Below, in pieces: positions 17,729-26,424 of a stretch of DNA of 64,000 nucleotides. The stretch's first letter is position 1, and every line of letters starts with the position of its first letter. Position numbers and translations under genes: made by a program. The stretch spans positions 2,332 to 66,331 of the IMG/VR virus record IMGVR_UViG_2833692911_000002; one strand, given 5' to 3'. The stretch is from a virus. Its lineage: Duplodnaviria; Caudoviricetes. The notes under the pieces are model-generated. The model was given only the letters and a program-made list of their open reading frames with translations, had not been told where the DNA came from and ran no database searches.

Positions 17729-18108
17729 CCAAACTCCCAGGACAGCCAGTTCTGCCAATAACGCCAACAGCCGACGAAAATGACAATCCAACCACCTGCA
17801 TGTGCTGTGGTCGCATTGCGATCGGCATTGGCCGCGCCATCAAACAGGGTGCGCGCGTCATCGACAACGGATTTCTCTGCAAACAATGCATCGTAGCCGT
17901 GGGGGATTTATCCAAGATGGACAGATTGTCAATCTACGAACTCAAGGCACTTGATGCCGGCGTTGATGCTGTTGGTGAATACATTGCCGAGCACGGCGTT
18001 ACGGAACTCGCACATTTCGATGAGCTCATGCAGCGGATGATGGTGAAGGCGGCGATCACCGGTTTTGCCAAGGGCGTGCGTGAGGCCCTCAAGGAGGCGC
18101 CGTTTTGA
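17725..18108 (+). CDS. Hypothetical zinc-finger protein
   Basis: CMCC...CKQC; ends EAPF. Confidence 0.7.
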   Translation: MTKLPGQPVLPITPTADENDNPTTCMCCGRIAIGIGRAIKQGARVIDNGFLCKQCIVAVGDLSKMDRLSIYELKALDAGVDAVGEYIAEHGVTELAHFDELMQRMMVKAAITGFAKGVREALKEAPF

Positions 18109-19349
18109 TGGAGGGTAAGATGCAGCACGCAAATGATAATCGTAACGGCCTGCGCTTTCTGTCCGTATGTTCGGGCATTGAGGCCGCGTCGGTCGCTTGG
18201 CACCCACTCGGCTGGAGAGCCGTGGCGTTCTCGGAGATCGAGAAATTCCCGTCAGCCGTACTGAAGCACCATTATCCGGATGTGCCCAACCTTGGCGACT
18301 TCACCAAGATCGACACCAAGACGCTCGGCCGCGTCGATATTCTCGCTGGCGGCACGCCTTGCCAAGCATTCAGCGTTGCCGGCCTACGCCAATCTCTCGC
18401 CGACGCGCGAGGCAACTTGTCACTCGAATTCGTGAGGCTTGCGCATGAGCTTGCAGCTAACAATGGACTTCGGAACGTCGTCTGGGAAAACGTCGTCGGC
18501 GTTCTCAGCACCAAAGACAACGCCTTCGGCTGCTTCCTCGCCGGACTTGTGGGAGCAGATTCCCCCATCGAACCACCGAGAAGAGGTAAGTGGGCGCGTC
18601 ACGGTATGGTCTCTGGACCTAAAGGACGGGCCGCGTGGGCTGTCAAAGATGGGCAATTTTTCGGAGTGGCCCAACGACGCCGCCGTGTGCTCGTTGTCGC
18701 AGATTTTGGAAACGGGGCAGATCCCGCAGCGGTTCTTTTTGAGCCCGAAAGCATGTTCAGGGATACTCCGCCGAGCCGAGAAGCGGGGAAAGGTATTACC
18801 CACCCAGTTGCACCAAGCCTTGTTAGCAGCGGCCGGGGAATAGAGCGACCTGGGGACCCTCGCGGGCAGGATCCGGTTGTTGCTGTCACTGTCGCCATCC
18901 GAGGTCGCGACGGCGGTTCGACAGCAGAACTAGGTGGAGATATTGCTACTGCATTGCGTGCTAGCCAGGGTGGTGGTGACAAACCGCATGTGTTGGCGTT
19001 CGATTGCAAGGCGTCAGGCCAAAGCGGCTTTGGTGTCGGTGAAATCGCAGGCACTCAGCGGGCGATGGGACACAAGGACAGCCACACCAATGGAGGAGGG
19101 CATCAGGCCGCCATGGTGGGCTCAGCTGTCCGCCGCCTAACGCCCGTCGAGTGCGAGCGTCTACAGGGCTTCCCCGACGGCTACACCGACATCCCATGGC
19201 GCGGCAAGCCAACGAGCCCGGACGGCCCACGATACAAGGCGCTCGGCAACAGCTGGGCAGTGCCGAAGTTCGTCTGGCTCGGTCAGCGCATCGCGCGGTT
19301 CATGCCAGCCAACGACAATCAGGAGACCCCCATTGCAAACGCCGCTTGA
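18105..19349 (+). CDS. DNA cytosine-5 methyltransferase
   Basis: SVCSGI, GGTPCQ, WENV, QRRRR, RLTPVECERLQGFP, LGNS. Confidence 0.93.
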   Translation: MMEGKMQHANDNRNGLRFLSVCSGIEAASVAWHPLGWRAVAFSEIEKFPSAVLKHHYPDVPNLGDFTKIDTKTLGRVDILAGGTPCQAFSVAGLRQSLADARGNLSLEFVRLAHELAANNGLRNVVWENVVGVLSTKDNAFGCFLAGLVGADSPIEPPRRGKWARHGMVSGPKGRAAWAVKDGQFFGVAQRRRRVLVVADFGNGADPAAVLFEPESMFRDTPPSREAGKGITHPVAPSLVSSGRGIERPGDPRGQDPVVAVTVAIRGRDGGSTAELGGDIATALRASQGGGDKPHVLAFDCKASGQSGFGVGEIAGTQRAMGHKDSHTNGGGHQAAMVGSAVRRLTPVECERLQGFPDGYTDIPWRGKPTSPDGPRYKALGNSWAVPKFVWLGQRIARFMPANDNQETPIANAA

Positions 19350-21534
19350 ACTAGCGCAACACTACGCCGCCGAAGGATGGCCGGTGTTTCCATGCCGTTC
19401 GCACGCCGAGGAGCATGTCGACCAGGCCACCGGCGAGATCATCACGCTCGGCGAAAAGACGCCTTTGACTCCAAATGGCTTTAAGGCAGCAACGCGCTTT
19501 CCGCGCATCATCGAGAGATGGTGGTCGGACTGGCCGGATGCTGCCGTTGGTTTGCCGACAGGCGAAAAGACCGGCTTCTTCGCGCTCGACATCGACAACA
19601 AGCCGGGCGGTGCAAACGGCTTCGACTGGCTGGCGGAAATGGAAGCAGAGCATGGCCCGCTGCCCGATACGGCGCGCGTGACGAGCCCGAATGGTGGCCT
19701 TCATATATACTTCAAGTACGTCGTCGGCACGCGCAACCGTGGCGCTCTTGGTGCTGGCGTGGATATCCGGTCAGAGGGTGGTTACGTGCTGGCCGCTGGA
19801 AGCACGATGGCCAACGGCCGGTCCTACAAGTGGGAAACGGACACGCGCGAGATCGCGGACGCACCGGCGTGGCTGCTCGACCTGCTGTTGCCGAAGTCGG
19901 CGCCTGCTCACACCCAGTACAGTCTGTCGGCCGCGACCAACAACGCCTATGTGGATGCGGCCGTCGATCGCGAGCTGGCAGACCTTGCCGGCGCGCCTAT
20001 GGGCACGCGCAACAATGCGCTCAACGACGCCGCGTTCTCGATCGGCACTATCGTAGGCGCCGGCGCGCTCGGCGAGGCCGAGGCACGCGCCATGCTGCAG
20101 GACGTAGCTCGCGGCTGGGGCAGGGACTGGTCACGCTGCTGCAAGACGATTGAGAACGGCCTAAAGGCTGGTATCCAGAACCCGCGCAACATTCCGGAGC
20201 CTGACTTCCCGGCGCAGGACAACACGCGCCTGGTGGACATCACGCGGATGATCCAGCGGGGGCTTGAGAAAGGCAGGCTGCGTGAGCAGGCGGCTGCGGT
20301 GGATGAGAATGTTGTGGTGGAAGCCGCACCGCCGAAAGAGGAGTCACCGATTGGCGACATTGATCCTGCCAACGACAACGCGCCTCCGTCCTCACCAATC
20401 ACAGCCACTGCATTCAAGTGGATCGATCCCAAGACCCTGCCGCGGCGCGAGTTCGCCTACGGCTCGCACTTCATCCGCAAATATGTGTCCGTCACGGTAT
20501 CGCCGGGCGGGCTTGGTAAGACGTCGAGCAGCATCGCCGAGGCGCTCGCCATGGTGTCGGGCAGGGCGCTGCTTGGCACGAAGCCCCCGAAGCGTCTGCG
20601 CACGTGGATATTCAACGCCGAGGATCCGCGTGACGAAATGGAGCGGCGTATCATGGCCGCGTGCATCCACTACAAGCTGAAGCCTGCTGACCTCGAAGGG
20701 CATCTCTTCCTGGACAGCGGCCGCGAGCAGGAGCTTTGCGTCGCCATCGAAGACAAGAAGGCTGGCGTTCGCATCCAGCAGCCGATTGTTGAGGCGGTGG
20801 TCGAGCAGATCGAGCGCAACGTCATTGACGTGATGATTGTAGACCCGTTCGTTTCCACGCATGGCGTCAACGAGAACGACAACGGCGCGATCGACAAGGT
20901 GGCAAAGCTCTGGGCGCAGATTGCCGACTACACCAACTGCTCGATCGACATCGTGCACCATCTGCGCAAGGTGGCCGACCGAGAAGCCACTGTCGAAGAT
21001 GCCCGTGGTGCGGTGTCACTGATCGGTGCGGCGCGTTCAGTCCGGGTGCTCAACCGCATGTCCGAAGAGCAGGCAGGAGAGGCTGGCATCGATAAAGCTG
21101 ACCGCTTCGGCTATTTCTATACCACATACGGGAAGTCCAATCTGACGCCGCTTTCGCACAAGGCAGAGTGGCGGCATCTGGTCTCGACGCCACTCGGAAA
21201 CGGGACGGGCCTTGCTCAGCCGCAGGACTTTGCGCCTGTCGTAACCGAATGGCAGTGGCCTAGCGCCGAGGATGTCGCGGGCGACCTCACAGAAGACCAG
21301 CGCGCGTCCATTCTCGCGGCCGTGAGCGCGTCCGACTACAAGAAGTCACCGAAGGCCAAGAACTGGGTCGGAGGCGCTGTAGCGTACGCTGTGGGGCTGG
21401 ATTTGGACGATAACGTGGAGCGCAAGCGAGCGGCCAGCCTTGTGACTGCCCTGATGCGTGAGGGCGCGCTTGTCGAGCGGGAGGAACGGGACCCGGTGCG
21501 GCGAGAGCTGGCGGTGTTTGTGAGGGCGGCTTAG
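19333..21534 (+). CDS. Bifunctional primase-polymerase fused to AAA_25 (RepA-like) helicase
   Basis: WPVFPC, ALDID, GGLHIYF, DIRSEGGYV; Walker A PGGLGKT; IVDP; HHLRK. Confidence 0.9.
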   Translation: MQTPLELAQHYAAEGWPVFPCRSHAEEHVDQATGEIITLGEKTPLTPNGFKAATRFPRIIERWWSDWPDAAVGLPTGEKTGFFALDIDNKPGGANGFDWLAEMEAEHGPLPDTARVTSPNGGLHIYFKYVVGTRNRGALGAGVDIRSEGGYVLAAGSTMANGRSYKWETDTREIADAPAWLLDLLLPKSAPAHTQYSLSAATNNAYVDAAVDRELADLAGAPMGTRNNALNDAAFSIGTIVGAGALGEAEARAMLQDVARGWGRDWSRCCKTIENGLKAGIQNPRNIPEPDFPAQDNTRLVDITRMIQRGLEKGRLREQAAAVDENVVVEAAPPKEESPIGDIDPANDNAPPSSPITATAFKWIDPKTLPRREFAYGSHFIRKYVSVTVSPGGLGKTSSSIAEALAMVSGRALLGTKPPKRLRTWIFNAEDPRDEMERRIMAACIHYKLKPADLEGHLFLDSGREQELCVAIEDKKAGVRIQQPIVEAVVEQIERNVIDVMIVDPFVSTHGVNENDNGAIDKVAKLWAQIADYTNCSIDIVHHLRKVADREATVEDARGAVSLIGAARSVRVLNRMSEEQAGEAGIDKADRFGYFYTTYGKSNLTPLSHKAEWRHLVSTPLGNGTGLAQPQDFAPVVTEWQWPSAEDVAGDLTEDQRASILAAVSASDYKKSPKAKNWVGGAVAYAVGLDLDDNVERKRAASLVTALMREGALVEREERDPVRRELAVFVRAA

Positions 21535-21635
21535 GCCGCCTCGCAGGCTCATCTGTATGCGGGCCGCTGAGAACGTGCGCATCCTTTTGGAATCCCACGC
21601 GTTGTCCTTTCTCAATGTGAGCGAGGAGAGATTTC

Positions 21636-21815
21636 ATGTCCAAGAGAGAGCTAATCGACACCGGCACTGACAAGCGCTACGTACGTCGCGACGAAAAAGG
21701 CCAGTTCAAGGAAAGCGTCGATGTCGGCCGGTCGCTGTCCGCTGACAAGCGGCACACGGCGAAGCATGACGCCAAGCCCGGCGAGGGTGATCGAGGCGAC
21801 CACAAGAAGCACTGA
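21636..21815 (+). CDS. Small hydrophilic protein (59 aa, not in ORF track), stress-protein-like moron
   Basis: MSKRELIDTGTDKRYVRRDEKGQFKESVDVGRSLSADKR...GDRGDHKKH; SD GAGGAG. Confidence 0.75.
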   Translation: MSKRELIDTGTDKRYVRRDEKGQFKESVDVGRSLSADKRHTAKHDAKPGEGDRGDHKKH

Positions 21816-21825
21816 GGGCACGGCT

Positions 21826-22020
21826 ATGCAGAGTGAAATCGGTATCGAGCTAGAGCAACTTGTCGACAGGTTTGTTCAGAAGGGCCACGCGGCCCCAGAC
21901 ATTATCGCTGCCATCCAGGAAGAACTCTACCGGCTGACGACTTCCTATCAAGAGGACCCGGACCCGTCAGACGACCCGAAGCAGCTAGATGAGCCGGCCA
22001 ACGATTGGCCGGGCGCATGA
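21826..22020 (+). CDS. Small hypothetical protein
   Basis: SD GAGGG; MQSEIG...DEPANDWPGA. Confidence 0.6.
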   Translation: MQSEIGIELEQLVDRFVQKGHAAPDIIAAIQEELYRLTTSYQEDPDPSDDPKQLDEPANDWPGA

Positions 22021-22108
22021 CTGGAACCAATGGCGAAGTCGGGAGTTATGTGGCCAGACAGCTTGCGCACTGACCACGGATGTACTGGCAGAGGCGATAG
22101 CTACAGGA

Positions 22109-22140
22109 AGGCTGGGGCAGCGATGCACCGGCCTTTTTTG
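22109..22140 (+). terminator. Intrinsic terminator
   Basis: AGGCTGG...CCGGCCT followed by a T-run. Confidence 0.55.
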
Positions 22141-22156
22141 TTGTGCACGTCTTTCG

Positions 22157-23407
22157 CTAGATGTCCTCCGTGATATCCAGTTCAATTTCATCTTGTACCG
22201 GCTCGACGGCGGATTCCAATAGATCCAGCAATTCATTTGGCAGCTCATCAATTGGCTTCATCGGAGCTCCTGCGATGAGTTTGTCTACCCACGCCTTATT
22301 GTAGGTGTAGTCCTTGTGTGCTGCGTGATATATGCAATAGCTTTTGTCTGTCTTCTCGGGTGCGCTCGCTTCCTTGCTTGGTCTAACTTTGTACTTTTTC
22401 CACGCGTTCGTGTGGTCGCTTGTGGTAAATAATCTGCCTGCCTTCTGAACTTCTCTGACGACATCGTGTGGCTTGAATGGGTACATTTCGTCTGCAACGC
22501 GATACTTTTGAAGTACATTATGAATGTCTTTGCCTTCTTGCGATTCAGGGCTGACGAACTGGATATGTGCCTTGTTTTTCGACGCGCTATCGAGCGTGTA
22601 GACGACCTTGAATTGATACTCGATGTCGTCCAATTCGGCTTCTGTTTTGCCTTCAATCAAACTTGCGTCCAGCGCAGCGATGTTCGGCGGTATGTCATAA
22701 GCGTGGATTTGGGAGGCCTGATCAATAGACATTTTTCCGAACTGGAGCGCTACAGATAAATCGTTTTGAAGACTTACCCGTTCTCCATGCCAATCGACGA
22801 TCGTCTTATCGAAATTCAGGCAGCATGCCTGGAAGATCGCGAGCCAGTTTCCGTCGCTGCGGCCGAACAAACGGTGCTCAACTTCGTCTCTGATCGCTTT
22901 TACCGCCCTCAGGTTGCTCCTGATCCCACTTGATAGTGGGCAGTCACCTTTCTCTATCATATAGCTCAGCGCCCATGTCGTGCCGTCCGAATTTGTCGGA
23001 CTGATGCCCTTCCTCTCGTAGTAGTCGTGCATCAAATAGCACCATGCGACGTTCGAAAGCATGGAAAAGACTTCGGTTTTGAAGCGGTAGGATGCGTTGT
23101 TAAATATTGAAACCGCAAGGATCATTGCCTCGCGGGACCTAATCAGCTTCTCGTCGGTGTATGGGTTGAGACCAGTCGCTGGATCGAAGCTGCGCTTCAT
23201 CTGCTTGTACTTCGCAACCTCATCGGGAGTGGCTGCTTTGACGTTCGGCGCCTTGGCAGAACCAATGCGGCCGTGGTTTACCGTCGGATGCCGACCGTGA
23301 TTGATCAGGACATGAATGTCTTGGCTTCTCTCACCAGCATCCAGCATGGCCTTTACGAGGCTTTTCTCCTCCGGCGTAAGACCCGCACCTGTACTGCCCT
23401 TGGCCAT
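22157..23407 (-). CDS. DUF3644-like moron protein (candidate defence factor)
   Basis: SREAMILAVSIFN...AWCYLMH...IRDEVEH; counter-oriented to the replication operon. Confidence 0.7.
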   Translation of the reverse strand: MAKGSTGAGLTPEEKSLVKAMLDAGERSQDIHVLINHGRHPTVNHGRIGSAKAPNVKAATPDEVAKYKQMKRSFDPATGLNPYTDEKLIRSREAMILAVSIFNNASYRFKTEVFSMLSNVAWCYLMHDYYERKGISPTNSDGTTWALSYMIEKGDCPLSSGIRSNLRAVKAIRDEVEHRLFGRSDGNWLAIFQACCLNFDKTIVDWHGERVSLQNDLSVALQFGKMSIDQASQIHAYDIPPNIAALDASLIEGKTEAELDDIEYQFKVVYTLDSASKNKAHIQFVSPESQEGKDIHNVLQKYRVADEMYPFKPHDVVREVQKAGRLFTTSDHTNAWKKYKVRPSKEASAPEKTDKSYCIYHAAHKDYTYNKAWVDKLIAGAPMKPIDELPNELLDLLESAVEPVQDEIELDITEDI

Positions 23408-23751
23408 ATAATCCCCCATGTGCCGCCAAGCCAATACAACCAAATCACCGCGCACAATTCAACTTCTAATACCGCCCGGATAGAGCATTTTTTATCCGTG
23501 CACTATCTGTGCACATCCGTGCGTTCACACCTGCACAGCTCTGCCCGGTTGGTGCACGTTTAGGGGTATATATATTTTTAAATATATACCCTACTCGTGC
23601 AACCGTGCAGGGCGGTGTGCTGGCTGCACGGTTCTTGAGGTTTTTTATTCGGGCAACGTGCAGCGGGCAAAGGGGCGGTCCGGATACAACCTGCCTTTTG
23701 ACTGGAACTCGAATCAGGGTGGTCGCATTTTCGGGTCAAAAGGAGGGCGCA

Positions 23752-23913
23752 ATGCCAGACAACGAAATGCAGCCATACACCGTCGAGCAACTGCAACAGG
23801 AATACTCGGTAAGTCTGCCAAAGGCCGTCGAGGTCATGGATCGCTTCGGCGGAGATCGGCGGACGATCAAAAAGCTAATGAAGCGATGTCCGCAGCGCGG
23901 CGACGAGCACTAG
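23752..23913 (+). CDS. Small hypothetical moron protein
   Basis: SD AGGAGG; preceded by GGAAC-N16-GCATTT; followed by terminator. Confidence 0.65.
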   Translation: MPDNEMQPYTVEQLQQEYSVSLPKAVEVMDRFGGDRRTIKKLMKRCPQRGDEH

Positions 23914-23919
23914 ACCAAA

Positions 23920-23948
23920 GGGCCGGCATTTAGCCGGTCTTTTCTTTT
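23920..23948 (+). terminator. Intrinsic terminator
   Basis: GGCCGGC-ATTTA-GCCGGTC then T-rich tail. Confidence 0.65.
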
Positions 23949-24045
23949 GGCCAAAAAATATTTCCAAAATCCACTACCCGTTTTCGCTCCTCTCTCGGAA
24001 AGTATGTGTGTCGCCACCACGACACCGCACCACGAGGAGACCGCC

Positions 24046-24519
24046 ATGCCCAAAGCCACCAGCCAAACCACCCGCATCAACGGCAAACGTGTCGTCATCC
24101 GTACTTCGCCGAAAGGCAAGGTTACCGTTGCAGACGCGCCCATCAAGGAAAGCGAAGGGCAGGCGGCTCAGGTTCGCGCCCTGCGGTCCCTGCCAGAGTT
24201 CGGCCGCCAGTTCCTGCTTGCTGGTGACATGAACAGCGCAAAGCGCGGGCCACGTGCCCAGGTGGATGCGATCGCAACCGGCATGACGCCGGGTGAAGCT
24301 GACCTGCGGATCTACATCAGAGGTGGCAAGCTGCGGATGATCGAGAACAAGGTCGGCAAGGGCAGGCTATCTCCGGCACAGGTTGAGCGTCATGCATCGC
24401 TGGCGCGGCTCGGGCATCCAGTTGAGGTGGTGCGGTTCACATCAACGGCAGAAGCGGCAAGCAAGGCGGTGGCGCTGGTCAAAGGCTGGCTCGCCGATAA
24501 CGACAATCACCCAACGTAA
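24046..24519 (+). CDS. VRR-NUC domain nuclease
   Basis: GMTPGEADL...IENKVGKGRLSPAQ. Confidence 0.85.
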   Translation: MPKATSQTTRINGKRVVIRTSPKGKVTVADAPIKESEGQAAQVRALRSLPEFGRQFLLAGDMNSAKRGPRAQVDAIATGMTPGEADLRIYIRGGKLRMIENKVGKGRLSPAQVERHASLARLGHPVEVVRFTSTAEAASKAVALVKGWLADNDNHPT

Positions 24520-24553
24520 GCGCAGCAGCAGTAACACCACAGGGGAGACGAGA

Positions 24554-25498
24554 ATGGACGAAGAAGACCAGATTATCGACGCCACTGGCAGGGTAGCCTT
24601 CACCGGAGACCAGCCGCATCCATATAGGACTAACACCCGCTTCCGTAAGGTGGATGGGAAGTGGGAGCCGATCGAGGAAACAAAAACAAGAGACGTTCTC
24701 AAAACCCCGCCGACTGCACAGGAGAGGGCCGATGGCCGAGAGAGAGCAAAAACCAAGGCGGCAGACGAGGCGAGACAAATGGCGAAGGTTCGGAGGGCGA
24801 TAGTGAAGCGACAGTCAATTGGCGATCCCTCTTGCATTCAGAGCCGTGGCGAGGATTTCCCGTTGCTTGAGGCGCTTCGCCGTGATGAGCGCGAGGATCT
24901 TGTAGCGGTCGTCCTTCGCTATCGTCGGCTTGTGGCGCTCTGTGAGGCCGAGCCGTTGAAGGGTTTGGACTACAGCAAGGCTGACGGCGGCGAAGTAGTA
25001 AGGGAAACTAAACGCCTCACACCAGAAGCGGACATTGACCGAGCCGCCGCTTGCGACTGGAAGGAAATCCCGAGTGGCGAAATCAAAATCTCTACGAAGG
25101 TCAAGAAGAGCAAAGGATCGCATTCGATACCGCCACGGAGGACTGTGGTCGTAGCCAACGACAACGTGGCTTCAGGTAGCGTGATCAAGACGGAAAGCCT
25201 ACACGTGAAGATCACCGATGAAATCTTGAACCAACACATCGATGCCAAACCGATACTGGCCGAACTCCGGTCATCCCTTGGCCCGCTGGTCGAACCTTTC
25301 GAGGACGCTGTGCTGGGAGGGCAAACGTATACCGAGATCGGCAAGAAGGCCGGTGAGCGGACACAGCCGTCGGTCGCCGGTAGGGCTGTAGTCGGCACCG
25401 CGATCGGCTTCATCAGCGTTAAGTGGCAGGAGATTGATAGGCGAGAGGCGCGGCTTGCCGAGCTGGCCCTAAGCCGCTTCCGAAACCGCGCAGCATAG
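24554..25498 (+). CDS. Hypothetical protein, candidate late-gene regulator
   Basis: Last gene before tRNA/packaging region; C-terminal HTH-like GQTYTEIGKKAG. Confidence 0.55.
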   Translation: MDEEDQIIDATGRVAFTGDQPHPYRTNTRFRKVDGKWEPIEETKTRDVLKTPPTAQERADGRERAKTKAADEARQMAKVRRAIVKRQSIGDPSCIQSRGEDFPLLEALRRDEREDLVAVVLRYRRLVALCEAEPLKGLDYSKADGGEVVRETKRLTPEADIDRAAACDWKEIPSGEIKISTKVKKSKGSHSIPPRRTVVVANDNVASGSVIKTESLHVKITDEILNQHIDAKPILAELRSSLGPLVEPFEDAVLGGQTYTEIGKKAGERTQPSVAGRAVVGTAIGFISVKWQEIDRREARLAELALSRFRNRAA

Positions 25499-25633
25499 GA
25501 CCGTATGCCACGCGCATTCAAATCCCCGAGGGGTGAGAGGGTATCGAAAGATACCTTCGCCCCTTTGCGGTTACGACCGCCCCGCCGTCATGCTGCATTC
25601 GGTGCAGCCGCTGAACGCAGCGGGTAACTATCA

Positions 25634-25710
25634 CGTGGAGTAGAGCAGTCTGGTAGCTCGTCAGGCTCATAACCTGAAGGCCGTGAGTTCAAATCTCACC
25701 TCCGCAACCA
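25634..25710 (+). tRNA. tRNA-fMet (CAT)
   Basis: Cloverleaf; C1-A72 mismatch; TCAGG-CTCATAA-CCTGA anticodon arm; encoded CCA. Confidence 0.93.
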
Positions 25711-25931
25711 ATCCCATGCGCGTTCTCCTCCGCTTGCATGGTGATCGTGCGGCTGGTTGAGTGTGACCCTGTTAGCGAAAGCTTGGCAGGTCGTGCACGC
25801 TCCCAGCCGCTTTGAGTTTCACAGCCTCGCGTCCGTCCTGCGCAGATGCCACTGAATGACCGCTTGTGTTTCCTGATAGGAGCAAGCGCCATGGGTGGAT
25901 TGGACAGCCCTTGGGCAAGGCAAACTTTCAA

Positions 25932-26007
25932 GCCGGCATAGCTCAGTAGGTAGAGCGCCTCCTTTGTAACGAGGATGTCGTGGGTTCAATTCCTGCTGCC
26001 GGCACCA
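25932..26007 (+). tRNA. tRNA-Thr (TGT)
   Basis: GCCGGCA/TGCCGGC acceptor stem, TTTGTAA loop, GGTTCAATTCC, ACCA. Confidence 0.9.
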
Positions 26008-26011
26008 ATCT

Positions 26012-26089
26012 CTGTGTGTAGCTCAGTCTGGTCAGAGTACCGCACTTGGACTGCGGGAGCCGCTGGTTCGAATCCAGCCACGCAGACCA
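26012..26089 (+). tRNA. tRNA-Pro (TGG)
   Basis: CTGTGTG/CACGCAG acceptor stem, CCGCA-CTTGGAC-TGCGG, GGTTCGAATCC, ACCA. Confidence 0.88.
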
Positions 26090-26106
26090 ATCACTAGGCA
26101 ACGCCT

Positions 26107-26424
26107 ATGCCCAAGCCATACGGTCGCTCAGCCGAAGCTGCTCAATATCGTCGCCTTTATCGAACGGCCAGATGGCAGCGATTGCGAGAGGCCCAGCTTG
26201 CTGCTGAGCCACTGTGCCGCTTCTGCCTGGCTATCGAGGATGTGACCGAGGCAACGACGTGCGACCATGTGCGCCCACATAAGGGTGACGAGGCGCTGTT
26301 CTACGATCCTGACAATCTGCAATCGTTGTGCGCTCCATGTCACGACAAGCTGAAGGCTCGCATCGAGCGAGGCCAGCAGGCCGTGGTCATTGGCGTTGAT
26401 GGATACCCAATAGAGGTGGGCTGA
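26107..26424 (+). CDS. Packaging-associated HNH endonuclease (HK97 gp74-like)
   Basis: PLCRFC...CDHVRPH...NLQSLCAPCH upstream of terS. Confidence 0.9.
   Translation: MPKPYGRSAEAAQYRRLYRTARWQRLREAQLAAEPLCRFCLAIEDVTEATTCDHVRPHKGDEALFYDPDNLQSLCAPCHDKLKARIERGQQAVVIGVDGYPIEVG

Noticed and set aside
20872-20883. ENDN in the primase-helicase as another tag copy
   Set aside because: It lies in the conserved AAA_25/RepA core after Walker B, so it is a family motif
25500-26100. A phage tmRNA gene as the source of the ANDN motif
   Set aside because: I found no ANDN-coding tag frame or tmRNA-like ends; the three cloverleaves are ordinary-length tRNAs
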